From Candidatus Thorarchaeota archaeon (GTDB taxonomy: Archaea > Asgardarchaeota > Thorarchaeia > Thorarchaeales > Thorarchaeaceae): DNA of 64,000 nt. Location of the stretch: contig PRDH01000035.1 of the NCBI GenBank assembly GCA_003345545.1, positions 28,171 to 92,170 on the forward strand, written 5' to 3'. Shown piece by piece: positions 45,529 to 56,786 of the stretch. The notes beneath the pieces are model-generated. The model made no database searches. It had not been told where the DNA came from and worked only from the letters and a program-made list of their open reading frames with translations. Position 1 is the stretch's first letter; every line of letters starts with the position of its first letter. The position numbers and the translations under genes were made by a program.

Positions 45529-46341
45529 CTACTCTGCGACGGGTTTTGCTGTGAGTCCCGTGACCTTCTCCAACTCCTTTATTGTCTCTCCAACGCGCCT
45601 CTTTGCTTCTTCAAGATTCTCACTCCCCATCGAAACCCATACCCTGAGGTTTCTTGAAGTCCCATACGTCTTTGGCATGGATTTGACATATACACCAGGG
45701 TGCTTCTTCATGGTGACATCGATGGCTGGTGCGAACATAGACTCATCATGCATCCCGAACTCAACGACCTGCTCGTGAAATTTCCATCTGACCCTCTCTT
45801 TGATCCAAGGGACTATCGAATCTTCGAAGATGAACTTCAACTCACTTGGAACACCTGGCAAGCAGAAAACAACCAAGTCCTCCTCCTGGATCATTACTCC
45901 TGGTGCACCTCCAGCTCTGTTATCGAGTGGAATTGATCCCTCTGGAATCTGTGCCATCTTGATTCTAGCGTCGGTTATGTCTGGTGAATTCACAATGCCT
46001 CTTTCGAACAGAGTCTGATATTGCCGTTTTACAATGGTCAGTGCTTCCGGACTCTCTACTATTCTTCTTTTTAGTGCTTTGGCGATTGCCCTCAGTGTCA
46101 TATCATCATGGGTTGGCCCGAGACCTCCTGAGGTTATGACAATGTCACACGCATCTCTCACAAACGCCAAGGCCTGTCCAATCTCATATAGATCATCTCT
46201 CACAGATACGAGCCTCTTAGTCTGTAATCCGAGTCCGACAAGCCTAAGTTCTATCCAGTTTGAGTTGGTATCGGGGACAAGCCCATCCAAGACCTCGTTA
46301 CCTATGGCTATGATCCCTGCTGTTCTGATTTCTTCTTTCAT
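45529..46341 (-). CDS. CinA N-terminal/MoCF-biosynthesis-like domain protein (COG1058)
   Basis: IGNEVLDG..DTNS, SGGLGPTHDDMT, GGAPG, LPGVPSE. Confidence 0.9.
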   Translation of the reverse strand: MKEEIRTAGIIAIGNEVLDGLVPDTNSNWIELRLVGLGLQTKRLVSVRDDLYEIGQALAFVRDACDIVITSGGLGPTHDDMTLRAIAKALKRRIVESPEALTIVKRQYQTLFERGIVNSPDITDARIKMAQIPEGSIPLDNRAGGAPGVMIQEEDLVVFCLPGVPSELKFIFEDSIVPWIKERVRWKFHEQVVEFGMHDESMFAPAIDVTMKKHPGVYVKSMPKTYGTSRNLRVWVSMGSENLEEAKRRVGETIKELEKVTGLTAKPVAE

Positions 46342-46342
46342 C

Positions 46343-47014
46343 TTATCTAGGCTCCTGCCCATCTATGTTCAGCTCTATTCCAAGTATTCTTACAAGATTC
46401 TGCAGTGTCCTTAGCCTCTCATAGGCGAGTGTCTTCCCCCTTGGCGTAGACACGCTCTCTGCAATCTTTGATGCCAGTGGGAGAAACTCAATCAGCTGAC
46501 GGTGAAAATCCCCGAGACCGTTGCCGGGTTGAATCCGAATTCCATTCAATATGTACTGCAATAGCCCAATCAATCCTAGTTTGTGGATCTTGTCCGCCTC
46601 CCATATTATCTGCGCCTCAATTGGCTCGATTGGCTTTTCTAATGTGAGGCCAACATGTTTCTTTATGGCATCACGGACTCTGATTACAGTCGGGGAACCG
46701 AATCCATTCTTGATGAGCCACTCTTCTGCTAACTCTGCGCTTGCTGCTCCATGATCTCTTATTGATGCTCCTCCCAGACCTGGCTTGGCATAATCATGAA
46801 ACCAAGCAGCAAGAATGACCACTTCCATGTCGGCATCTGTTTTTGAGGCAAGATGTTTAGCCAGTTGAACAACTTGCTCGACATGATCTCCTCTATAGTT
46901 GTATAGAGGCGCATCCTGATTGTCCGAGGCATCTTTCCACTCATCTATCGCTGCCTCGCTTGTTGTGGCCTTCACCATCTTTCTGATTTGTTCCTCGATT
47001 CCCGGCTTCATCAT
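46343..47014 (-). CDS. HD-domain phosphohydrolase
   Basis: DHVEQV, AAWFHDY, HGAASA, KH, EADK. Confidence 0.88.
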   Translation of the reverse strand: MMKPGIEEQIRKMVKATTSEAAIDEWKDASDNQDAPLYNYRGDHVEQVVQLAKHLASKTDADMEVVILAAWFHDYAKPGLGGASIRDHGAASAELAEEWLIKNGFGSPTVIRVRDAIKKHVGLTLEKPIEPIEAQIIWEADKIHKLGLIGLLQYILNGIRIQPGNGLGDFHRQLIEFLPLASKIAESVSTPRGKTLAYERLRTLQNLVRILGIELNIDGQEPR

Positions 47015-47300
47015 AGATCTACCCGTTCTCAGTTGGTGCGTTCTTATGAATCATATCACCTGATTTTAACACTTGAGTATAGACAAAGAATGCTTCATTG
47101 TAGAGTTTCATTAATCTCTCCCCATCTCCAGACGATTTTCCAGACCCATCCAAGTCCCATGCGCAGATTCCCGGGCTCGTTCCTCTTCTACCTCTTCTTC
47201 ACCAAACCTAGACTAAGATCTGGATGGTCATCTTGAAATATCTCTCTTGAAATACGATCTACCGAGGGATTCGCAAAGCAATATGCTCTTCTGATTTCTG

Positions 47301-48209
47301 CTAGAACCACCAATCCGGATGAATTAGCACTTGCACAACTTGACCTAGTTTCGCCTCATCTACTCTTCCAAGAATATGTCGGCCCTGTGAATCAATTATT
47401 CTCCCGCCGCCTGCATCGCTGATGTAAAAGTCATACTTCATATCATAGGCTGACCAAACCTGAAGTGACTCACGATCCAATTCTGACCAAATCTCACGAT
47501 TCTTATATTTTCTATGTCCATGAGGACACACAATATGCGTTGTTGCGATTTCTCGAAGTCTTACTAGGTCCTCTCTAAACAATGCAATTGCTTTCTCTTT
47601 GTCCCCTTTTGTGAATGAGAGCATGTCATAATGCATACCGATGCCAAATCCATCGACGTGAAGTTGCCTAATCAGTGGAATCGCTTCTTCGTGGCTGTAC
47701 TTCTCCGCATGCATACGAAAGAAGTAAGTCGACCTGATTCCCTGCTCCTTCTCGATTTCATACATTCTTCTAGCGCGAAACAGCGAAATATCAACATCGT
47801 GCCTCAATAAGACATTCACCTTATTCTTTTTGAAATCACCATCTATGTGGTCATTGAAGAGGAGTGTATCATACCTCTCGTCTTTGATTGTCCTCAAGAA
47901 AAATCGATATTGATCAAGGCTGTATCCCTTTCCCCATTTTATGAAGTGATACATCAATAGGAGAGTTACCGCCCATCCTATGCTACCGACAAGTGCCACA
48001 TATGATAATGGTAGCCAAAGATACAGTCCGATAGTGAAACAGAGTGCTGCTGATAGTTCCAATATTGGATAGTAGGGAAGCAAGTCGAATAATAATGTTG
48101 CAAAGCGAAGTTGTTTTTGTAGTGATAATACTGTAAACACCCAGATGCAGAAAGAAAAGCCGATGAGGAGAATCGTTGATAACCACATTGGAATGGTTGC
48201 TCCGCGCAT
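47301..48209 (-). CDS. Membrane-anchored polysaccharide deacetylase-like (NodB fold) protein
   Basis: N-terminal TMs; LRHDVD, STYFF, IGMHYD, HGH, YISDAGG, LIHPDWW. Confidence 0.72.
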   Translation of the reverse strand: MRGATIPMWLSTILLIGFSFCIWVFTVLSLQKQLRFATLLFDLLPYYPILELSAALCFTIGLYLWLPLSYVALVGSIGWAVTLLLMYHFIKWGKGYSLDQYRFFLRTIKDERYDTLLFNDHIDGDFKKNKVNVLLRHDVDISLFRARRMYEIEKEQGIRSTYFFRMHAEKYSHEEAIPLIRQLHVDGFGIGMHYDMLSFTKGDKEKAIALFREDLVRLREIATTHIVCPHGHRKYKNREIWSELDRESLQVWSAYDMKYDFYISDAGGGRIIDSQGRHILGRVDEAKLGQVVQVLIHPDWWF

Positions 48210-48389
48210 CTACAATCTTATTCGTGTTTCTGAGAGAATTCAGCGGCAATAAAAACGGACCTATGTACACTAGTTATGTTGTTTTCCTGTGGCCTGCTGC
48301 ACTCGGATCTTCTTCTCCTTCCTGCAAAAACACGTTAGTCATGAACATTGCCGAGCTAAGACTGGTACCGTATGTGTTTGTCGATTGTA

Positions 48390-49148
48390 TCACGTCTCGC
48401 CGATTCCTGTGTACAAGCGGAGGGTGTTTTCAAGGATAATCTCACGCATCTCTTCTACATCTCTTCCCAGTATTGATGCGACGTTTCTGAGGGCTATTGG
48501 GAGGTTTGAGGGCTCATTTCTGACTTCTCTATTTGGACTTAGGACGGGACTGTCGGTTTCCAGTAACAATCGGTCTAGTGCAACTGCTTTGACGAGCTTC
48601 CTCTTTTGGGGAGAACGCACAACTGATGTTGGAATCGAGAAGTAGTAGCCAAGATTCTTTGAACTATTTCGAGCCAGACCTGCCTTTCCGTCGAATGCAT
48701 GCATATGTACGCTCTGTGCATCATTCTTCTGAAGCACTAATAGAGCTGCGGCACCTGCAGATCGTGAGTGAACTTGAATTGGAAGACCAAGTTCCTTAGA
48801 GAGACCAATCATCTTGACAAATGCAGTTTCTTGCTTCAGTCTCTCAGCGTGGTCTCTCTCTCGATAATGGTCGAGTCCAGTTTCTCCAATAGCTATGATT
48901 TCAGAACTATGATCATGTATCCCTTGTGCCGCCTTCTCTACCTGAGTGTGGAACATGGGGTCTAGACCCAGTGATGCATACACGTTCTCATGGTTCTGTG
49001 CAATAAGCAAATTTCTTTCATAGTTCTCGGTGGATATCGCTGAAGTAATGATTACGATTTCCTGCTCTGCCGCTCTCCTAATCACCTCTTCCCTATCGGA
49101 CTCGAACTCAGCCTGCTCCAGGTGACAGTGAGTGTCTACAAATCGCAT
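48390..49148 (-). CDS. tatD: TatD family nuclease
   Basis: DTHCH, IGETGLD, VHSR, HAF, LLETDSP, NEP. Confidence 0.92.
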   Translation of the reverse strand: MRFVDTHCHLEQAEFESDREEVIRRAAEQEIVIITSAISTENYERNLLIAQNHENVYASLGLDPMFHTQVEKAAQGIHDHSSEIIAIGETGLDHYRERDHAERLKQETAFVKMIGLSKELGLPIQVHSRSAGAAALLVLQKNDAQSVHMHAFDGKAGLARNSSKNLGYYFSIPTSVVRSPQKRKLVKAVALDRLLLETDSPVLSPNREVRNEPSNLPIALRNVASILGRDVEEMREIILENTLRLYTGIGET

Positions 49149-49156
49149 CTACTGGA

Positions 49157-50500
49157 TCACTCTCGTTCTAGCATGAACCAGTCCCCGTCATGACTGATTT
49201 CCTTCCAGCTCGGGAACCTCTCACGGTTCTGGGTGTTTATGACAGCATGGGTCGAGCCCTCCTCATCAAGGCGCTTCGAAAGAGCCTCCTCGCTGAGTTC
49301 AGGGAAGTATAATGATACCCCTCTCTTATCTGAGAAATATTCTGCAGCTCTAAGTAGTCTATAGGGAACAATGAATCTCACGGGCTCAGGTAATTCTTTG
49401 AGGCGATGAAGCATCGCAACGAATTCATTATCCAAGTGCTCATAGTGTATAGAGAAGTATAACGATACTCCAAATGAACCGACTGCCAAAAGAGAGATGA
49501 GAATTGTGAATATTGTGCCGTTCTGAAGGATACGGGCGGAAAAAAAGGCGAATGGTGCTGCAGCAAGATATAGATGTCTGAAAGACTCACCGGCTATCCA
49601 GAAGATTAGAAGTAAAAGACATACTATGCCCCAGCTCAAGAAGAGAAGTTCAGTATAAGGCTCTATGACGGTGATCTGAAATATCACTAAAGGTCCTAGG
49701 CTGACTGGAAACATAAGGATATTCTGCAACCAAAGAATTCCAGCATAGATGGCAAAACCTGCCACAGTTGGAGTAAGAAGGAGTCCCTCCAATCTCTGAT
49801 TTGGATAATGCCCTTGCCGCAGGTACTTCCAAATCAGAGCCATGTGACTGCTAAAAATCCGAATATAGTCGGCTTTAGAGACTATTAATGCAGTCAGAAC
49901 TGCAGCAAATAGAATCAACACTACCTGCAAGTCTAGAAGCGCAAATGTAAGGCAAACAATGTACAAGGTCTGGGTCGACAATTTGTGAGAAAGCATAACG
50001 AGTGCCATCGGAAGTACTGCTATCCAGTTAAGAGGAACTGGCAAAGTCAGGCACAGAAGGGAGACCGTGAAAAGCATCAGGCCAAATGGACGACTTGACA
50101 GACTGACGCCATGTTTCACAGTAAAAGGAGTGACAAGGAAAAGCAGCATGGCCACAAGTGATGTTTCTACACCGAAAGAAGGTCGAAGGAATGCATAGAG
50201 AAGGATTGCAGTGAGAAGGTCAAAGAGAGGTGTCACCTTGTTAATAGTGCGGACCGGAATTTCCTGTTTGCTGCGTAGGAAGAATCTGAATAACTGGTAG
50301 AGAAATTTCGGATAATGGTAGTCCTGTTCTGATTCGTAGTCAGGATCCTTGAACTTGTTCATGAAGTAGAATGTGTCAGGAGTACTTGGATACTTGTATC
50401 TCACATGCGGGATATACCTGAGGAGGGCTCCTATCCCCATTAGCAGTAATAGCATGATGACTTCAGTGAGCGTTTCCATCTCTTCCTCTTCCTTTGCCAT
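49157..50500 (-). CDS. Polytopic membrane protein, probable GT-C fold glycosyltransferase
   Basis: Acidic motif PDTFY after TM1, HYP, about 11 TMs, short soluble C-terminal domain; lies in the glycan cluster. Confidence 0.6.
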   Translation of the reverse strand: MAKEEEEMETLTEVIMLLLLMGIGALLRYIPHVRYKYPSTPDTFYFMNKFKDPDYESEQDYHYPKFLYQLFRFFLRSKQEIPVRTINKVTPLFDLLTAILLYAFLRPSFGVETSLVAMLLFLVTPFTVKHGVSLSSRPFGLMLFTVSLLCLTLPVPLNWIAVLPMALVMLSHKLSTQTLYIVCLTFALLDLQVVLILFAAVLTALIVSKADYIRIFSSHMALIWKYLRQGHYPNQRLEGLLLTPTVAGFAIYAGILWLQNILMFPVSLGPLVIFQITVIEPYTELLFLSWGIVCLLLLIFWIAGESFRHLYLAAAPFAFFSARILQNGTIFTILISLLAVGSFGVSLYFSIHYEHLDNEFVAMLHRLKELPEPVRFIVPYRLLRAAEYFSDKRGVSLYFPELSEEALSKRLDEEGSTHAVINTQNRERFPSWKEISHDGDWFMLERE

Positions 50501-50659
50501 GTGATGTGAGGCCGTTGAGGAATTATCTCTTGTGATTTTCCGTCACTTTACAACTCATGCAACTCTCGCGTGACATTCTATCTGTTCATGTAAGGGTTTT
50601 GATTCTTAAGCAAGAGAGATAGGTTTCACTAATGTCAAGCGGCGAGAGATAACCCATTG

Positions 50660-51760
50660 CTCTGAGAGATGATATAGTTTCAGATACCTGTGAGCTGCGA
50701 TTTCTCACCTGAAGTTGTCAATCATACGCCGATAGCCATTGGAAGCCACTTCATCTCGTTCTTCTGCATTTGTCAATAGTTGTGATATCCTGTCTGCTAG
50801 CTCTTTAGCTCTCCTTGGTTCAAAGAAACATCCTCCATTTCCAAGGATTTCGGGGAAAGCGCCAAATTCCGAAACGATTACCGACTTTCCACAAGCTGCT
50901 GCCTCAGTGACTACCATGCCAAATGCCTCGTCCAGTGATGGCATCACAAATAGATCGCAAGCTGCATAATAGGTGTTTATGTCGTGCCAGCTGACGTATG
51001 GTACAATATGGACTTTCGAACCAAGATTGTTCTTTATGACAAACAGTCTTGCACTGCTGACAAGAGGACCATCTCCTATGATTACGAATCTGACATCATG
51101 TTTCTTACAGACAGTAGTAGCGGGTCCAAGTAAAGTGAAGGGATCTTTGTCATCTTGCAGCCTAATTACTGACAGTATGATCTTTTCTGACTTCGAAAAC
51201 TCATTGCGAACAGAATCACCATTCATCCGCAGGTTGAATCTATCGACATCAACACCATGGTGAATCACAAGTGGTTTCATACCATGACGCTCGAAGAGGA
51301 GCTTGGCTATGAGGTGCGAGACTGTCACAAATGTTCGTGCTTTCCTCGCGATTCTAGGCAACATTTGGTGCTCTTTTTGGTCAGATTCTCGTGTGTCTGC
51401 CAAATTCAATCGGATTTGACCGTGGTTCGTCTAATGTTTTTTGTTCCATAGAGCTTGCGAGCAAGGTATGCACTTATGGGCTGCTTAGATGAATTGACAT
51501 GTACCAAATCATAAGCTCTCAAACGAAGGATCTGGCGAAATAGCCCCGACATTGTGGAGGGTCTTTTGTAACTAGGAGAACCAGGAGAACCCGTCATTCA
51601 TGTGCAGTTGGGAAACCTGTAGGCCTTAGATTTGGCCTTGAAGAACACATCAGTCTCAACAGATTTTCGAAGCTCCCGAGCCAACTCTGCCGTGTACTGG
51701 GGATAGCGCTCATAGGAGGCACACTTGATGCGGAAGATCCTCGTAGTAAACCTCCAGTAG
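50660..51760 (-). pseudogene. Decayed GT4 glycosyltransferase
   Basis: GT4 motifs (HGVD, EAFGMVVTEAAACG) in 50705-51409; the N-terminal part is split across further fragments (51406-51597; YTAELARELRKS upstream); premature TGA where Trp is expected (NFR*EIAAHRYLKLY). Confidence 0.75.
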
Positions 51761-51925
51761 GTGATTATTCTTATAGTTGTTGTTCATCGAAAGTCGTTTG
51801 AGAGAATTAGCTCATTCTTGATACAATGGAAATTGTTGAAAGGATAAGAGTGATAGGTGTGTCTATAAAGACCTCCTACGAGCTACCAAAAAAGACCAAA
51901 CTTCGAGGTGCCCTGGTGGGATTAA

Positions 51926-53521
51926 ATGGCCGACTCCATGATTGACTCTTCCAGTATAGGTGACAAGCAGAGAGTGATTCGAGGTGGTGTCTTCCTGACA
52001 TTGAGTCCCGTAGCGTCACTAGTACTGGGATTTATCATCACCGTCATCATAGGAGTGTACATTCTTCCCGAAGAGTATGCTGTGTTCGAATGGTTCAATG
52101 TCTTAACATCATTCTTCATAACGATTATCCCTTTTCAACTTCCTTCTGCCATTGGCCGTTATGTGGCAGTAGCAAAAGGTGCTAATGACTCTGATACAAT
52201 TGAGCAGCTCGCAAAATCCGCTACTGTCCTCTCATTGTTTCTAGTTCCGCTAAGCGGAATCATCTCTTTTCTGATAACGCCCTATGTCTTCACAGCTGTA
52301 GGGATTGGTTCAAGTTATACTGTCGTCGATGTTCTGATATTCAGCATAGGGGTCATGTGCATGAGCCTCTCCTCCTTTGCAGTGAGCATGTCCTCTGGAC
52401 TTCAACAGTTTGAGAAGTTGGGAATAGGTCAATTTCTCGGAAGCTTATTGAGTCAAGGTCCTGTAATTGTCCTCATCCTCCTAGGGTGGGGTATACGTGC
52501 ACTGATTCTTAAATGGGCTCTGTTGGGCATAGTAATCTCCATTTTTCTTACCTTGGCAGTTAGAAGAATCTGGACCTTGCGTGGTTCTCTTCATCCGATG
52601 AGGCCTTTGATTGAGTTTGCGTACCCTGCAATCATCGCATTCCTTTTTGCGTACATATTCAATGAGCTACTTATTCGTAGCATATTCCAGAATTATGTCG
52701 ATCAGAATGAGCTTGGTTTGTACGGTTTTGCTGTGAGACTCACGACATTCATTAGTGCCCTCACTCTTGGCTTCCATAACGCTATCGGCCCCCATTACTC
52801 AAGGGCTGTTGGGCAGGGAGGAACTCAAGCACTTGAGAATGAGGTCAGGTGGACGATGAGAATGTCTTTCTTTCTCTTTCTTCCTCTCATTGTGGGTGCT
52901 ACAATAATCGCTCCTGCCGTATTTGAGATGCTCTTCCCAGCATATTACTGGTCTTACAAATACTTTGCAGTGCTTATGATACAGCTTTTCTTTTTCCTCC
53001 TCCTCAGACCATATGCTTCAGTTCTTAGTGCCTTAGCGAAAACGAAACAAGTCTTGTCCAGTTCTATCGTTTCAGCCATTGCAGGTGGAGTTCTAATGTT
53101 CATATTCGTCGACTATGGTCTGGTTTTCGTGGTTATTGGATATGCTTCATCTGGTTTCTTTGCCGCTCTCATGAATGCTCTATGGATCAGAAAAGAGATT
53201 GCGATCAGTCTAGGGATTCGTCAAATCCTACCAATAACAGTGGTGTCATTTGCGACGGTTATTCCAGCAGTATTGATTCATTACCTTCGGTTAGATCCGA
53301 TGGTCGAACTTGCTAGTATAGCCACTATGTTCATACTGATCTATATCATTTCAATACGTCTTCTCGGACTTGTGACATCGAACGAAATCCAAAAAGCCGC
53401 ATCGTTCCTTCCCGTTCGATTGGCTCAGCCACTGACACGGACTCTCACACGAGTATTCACTCGAATGCATGATGATAAATCAGACAAGTTGAAAACGAGT
53501 TTTGAGGTTGAAACACCGTAA
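51926..53521 (+). CDS. Oligosaccharide flippase (Wzx/MOP family)
   Basis: About 14 TMs; LPEEYA, AIGRYVA, LGLYGFA.RL pattern. Confidence 0.87.
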   Translation: MADSMIDSSSIGDKQRVIRGGVFLTLSPVASLVLGFIITVIIGVYILPEEYAVFEWFNVLTSFFITIIPFQLPSAIGRYVAVAKGANDSDTIEQLAKSATVLSLFLVPLSGIISFLITPYVFTAVGIGSSYTVVDVLIFSIGVMCMSLSSFAVSMSSGLQQFEKLGIGQFLGSLLSQGPVIVLILLGWGIRALILKWALLGIVISIFLTLAVRRIWTLRGSLHPMRPLIEFAYPAIIAFLFAYIFNELLIRSIFQNYVDQNELGLYGFAVRLTTFISALTLGFHNAIGPHYSRAVGQGGTQALENEVRWTMRMSFFLFLPLIVGATIIAPAVFEMLFPAYYWSYKYFAVLMIQLFFFLLLRPYASVLSALAKTKQVLSSSIVSAIAGGVLMFIFVDYGLVFVVIGYASSGFFAALMNALWIRKEIAISLGIRQILPITVVSFATVIPAVLIHYLRLDPMVELASIATMFILIYIISIRLLGLVTSNEIQKAASFLPVRLAQPLTRTLTRVFTRMHDDKSDKLKTSFEVETP

Positions 53522-53861
53522 ATTGCCACTTCAAGTTCTACGATGCTGAAAAATGACCTCTTTCATTGGAAATCTTGAAAAGTGTCACGGAAACACCCTG
53601 AATTGAGTAGGTCTTGAGATTCCAATTATTGACTTCCAAATCAATGTCTAGTGTCAATAGGCCTGACAAGGTTGAGACACGATGTCACTGGACGAGTTCT
53701 TTATAATTCAATAATCCTGGTGGCGTCGCCCGCCGATTCGCTTGTTCATTACATCAAAGATAGGCATCAAAATCCGTAGATTACCTCCTTTCCAACGTGT
53801 GAACACAAGTTATCATGCCAAGATAATCTGAAATAGGGTCAAGGAAATTGGTGATACTGAG

Positions 53862-54344
53862 GTGCCAACCTTTTGGACTGGCTGTGGGAACCGCCTTCGA
53901 GAGCTTGCTTGTGGCATTAGCGCTGAGGATGAATGGAAGTTCGCTGGTATCGAGTGGTTTCAGAATTATATCCTTCTAGGTCTGCAGTCCGAACCACACC
54001 GCGATTGGCATGTCGTCGAAACAGGATGCGATCCGGGCAAAATACTAGCTGAGATGGCAAACCTGTTTGAAGAAGTAATCGGTGTTCATTTCAGTCCTGA
54101 TATGGTTCGGAGCACCGGAAGTCGAAATCGGCATCTAGATAATGTGAAGGCCCTCCTGAACGATGGTAAGACTCTCCCAATAGGCATTGCATTTGTTGAT
54201 CTAGTGTATTCAGTACTTGCTCTGCGATACGTGAATCGTGAAGCTGTAGAAACAAACTTCTCAGAAACTAATGGAGTACTACTACCCGCAGGTATTCTCA
54301 GATTTCAAATTCGCCGGGATATCGAACGACGCAACTCCAATTAG
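53862..54344 (+). pseudogene. Degenerate class I methyltransferase
   Basis: Motif I reads VVETGCDPG (expected hhE/DhGCGxG) and motif II reads GVHFS (expected GhDhS); weak start; ORF ends soon after LLPAGILRFQ. Confidence 0.55.
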
Positions 54345-54693
54345 ATGGATCGATACTTTCTATCAAGGCAGGATTCTCTGAATCTTGCAGAGCTATTGGT
54401 TTCAAGATCATTGACTATCACTATAGACTTGCTCACGAACTATTCCATTGGTTCACTCTTCCCAAGATAAATCAAAAACACTCGAAACAAAAACGCGAGA
54501 AGCGATTTGACACCTCCCGGAATCTAGACAAAACATGAGAATTACATACTGTCTAAGCGTACGTAAGAAAAAGTGCATATTGATGCAGGTCAAAATCAAG
54601 ATAGGTAGTATTATCTTGTGAGGGAGTCATTCGAGTGCAAATGTCATTATCACCTGAATAAGGAAGAGAAAAAAAACACAGTTGTGAGGCTTC

Positions 54694-55602
54694 GTGAATT
54701 CCAAGCAGACATCTATCGCAGTAGTTGTTCCTGTAATGAATTGTGGTAAGACTCTTGGAAGAACATTCGATTCCATTTTACGTCAGACACTGCAGCCTGA
54801 AAGAATCATTGTGGTCTATGATGTAAGCAGTGACAATACACTTGCTGTTGTTATGAGTTATTGTGAGAGTCATCCCTCTCTCTTCGTGTTGATTAATGGC
54901 CCGGGCGAGGGAGTCGGTGCAGCTCGACAGGCTGCTCTTAGCGTAGTGGAATCGGAATACGTTGCATTCATTGATGGTGATGATTGGTATTTGGATACTG
55001 CATTGGAAAACCTATTCCAGTCTGTATCTAAAACAGGAGCTGCTTGTGGATTGGTGTGCAAGGTCCATACTGATGGAAAGATATTGAAACACGAGCCCTC
55101 TGGAATCGGAGAAGTTGTTGACTATGAAACTCTGAAAAGCAGCAATCCCATTGCCATGTCTTCAACAATGTATCAAACAAGTCTGATCAGACGAGTTGGA
55201 GGATTCGATGGGAAGCTCCTATGGATTGAGGACTATGATTTTCATCTACGCATTGCTCGGGTCACAGATTATCATCTTCTCAGGAACGTGACTACATTCT
55301 ATACAGTATACGAAAGCACAAACATACGGCGAACTTATCATTATTCCAAGTGGAGTGCGATTGTATGGCGGAAGCATGGTTTTGTCAATACTGGAGCTAT
55401 CTCAAATGCACTGAAGTCATTCGTACTTACAACGATATTGATTCCTGCTAACTTAGTAAGAAGAATACGGGACAAGAACAGACGGGTTTTTCGGGCAGAG
55501 TACATCCAAATACTCATGGGCTATCTTGTCGGGTTAGCAATTGGCTATCCCCCCAGGAAAGAAAAGAAAACACTCAAAAAAGGGGCGATAGCAGTCGTTT
55601 GA
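54694..55602 (+). CDS. GT2 glycosyltransferase
   Basis: VVVPVMN, YDVSSDNT, AFIDGDD, GGFD..IEDYDF. Confidence 0.9.
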   Translation: MNSKQTSIAVVVPVMNCGKTLGRTFDSILRQTLQPERIIVVYDVSSDNTLAVVMSYCESHPSLFVLINGPGEGVGAARQAALSVVESEYVAFIDGDDWYLDTALENLFQSVSKTGAACGLVCKVHTDGKILKHEPSGIGEVVDYETLKSSNPIAMSSTMYQTSLIRRVGGFDGKLLWIEDYDFHLRIARVTDYHLLRNVTTFYTVYESTNIRRTYHYSKWSAIVWRKHGFVNTGAISNALKSFVLTTILIPANLVRRIRDKNRRVFRAEYIQILMGYLVGLAIGYPPRKEKKTLKKGAIAVV

Positions 55603-56771
55603 CACAAAGAAAAGTGTGCCTTATTCTTGGCACAATGTATCCATATGAACGTGGTGGAGTAGATGTTCTGTATACAAGTGTTTTCAACATCATCTTAAAA
55701 GAGAAGCAATGGGAGATTGTCGCACTTGTTAGGACTCCTAGAAAGCCACAACGCTCGGCTTTCAGCAATCCACTGCCCACAGTAATGTTGCCAAGTCTGA
55801 GGAGTTCTCTATTTGGAAAACTGTTTGAGTTTGTATACCTTTCCTTTCTGGATCAGCTCTATTTCGACAAGAGAGTCAGCGCTCTTGCGGACAACTACTT
55901 GCAGAGGTTTGATGTAGTAATAACGCCCGACCCTCTGCTAACAACTAAGCTGTGCAAACAAAGGAACCGGCCCAGGGTCATACAGTTCGTGAGTGGAGCA
56001 TGGGCCGAAACTGTTTTGAGATCACAACCCCTTCTTTATTCATTTGCTAAGAGGATAGAGACAGATGCGTATAGGAAAGCAGACAGAGTTGTTTTCATGG
56101 ACGAAGCTTACGCACGACATTTCAATGTTAGCAAAGAGCATCGAGCTCTGATCTCCAATGGCGTAGATTTGGAATTGTTCTCGCCATCTAGGTTTGACCG
56201 CAGCAAATTGCGGGACCGTTTTGGCATGGATGGAAAAATCGTCGTTATGACAGTTGGGACTCTCCGGAAAGGTATCAAGGGACATGAGTTCCTTATCCAG
56301 GCCATTCCGTCTGTCATCAAGAGGTTTCCAAGTGCTCACTTCTATCTTGTTGGGAAAGGCAGTCAGGAATCATTGAGGCGCGACTCGGAGTCTTTGGGCA
56401 TCGCGGACAATCTGCATATTCTTGGCGAACGATCGGATATTCCTGAGCTACTCTCTTCGAGTGATGTTTTTGTATTGCCCTCTTTGACCGAAGGTACTCC
56501 TGGTGCCCTGTTGGAGGCAATGGCAATGGAACTACCATGTGTTGCTACACGAGTGGGCAATATCCCTGAGGTAGTGCAACATCAAAAAGAGGGGCTTCTG
56601 ATTGAGCCAGCTGACCCGCGAGAGATATCGGAAGCCATTACTCATGTTTTGTCAAGGCCCGATGAGGCGAGAATGCTTGGAGTACGCGCGAGGAACCGTG
56701 TTGAGGCGCACTATGACCTAGCTGCAACAGCAAGAGCGTATGTAGCTCTCATTGAGGAATTATGCCAGTAA
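55599..56771 (+). CDS. GT4 glycosyltransferase
   Basis: NGVD, KGH, LPSLTEGTPGALLEAMA. Confidence 0.92.
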   Translation: MTQRKVCLILGTMYPYERGGVDVLYTSVFNIILKEKQWEIVALVRTPRKPQRSAFSNPLPTVMLPSLRSSLFGKLFEFVYLSFLDQLYFDKRVSALADNYLQRFDVVITPDPLLTTKLCKQRNRPRVIQFVSGAWAETVLRSQPLLYSFAKRIETDAYRKADRVVFMDEAYARHFNVSKEHRALISNGVDLELFSPSRFDRSKLRDRFGMDGKIVVMTVGTLRKGIKGHEFLIQAIPSVIKRFPSAHFYLVGKGSQESLRRDSESLGIADNLHILGERSDIPELLSSSDVFVLPSLTEGTPGALLEAMAMELPCVATRVGNIPEVVQHQKEGLLIEPADPREISEAITHVLSRPDEARMLGVRARNRVEAHYDLAATARAYVALIEELCQ

Positions 56772-56786
56772 ATCCGGAATACAAGC

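Noticed and set aside
50705-50707. In-frame TGA in the GT4 gene as selenocysteine or genetic-code reassignment
   Set aside because: The position corresponds to Trp, not Cys; the gene has other lesions; many intact genes in the window end in TGA.
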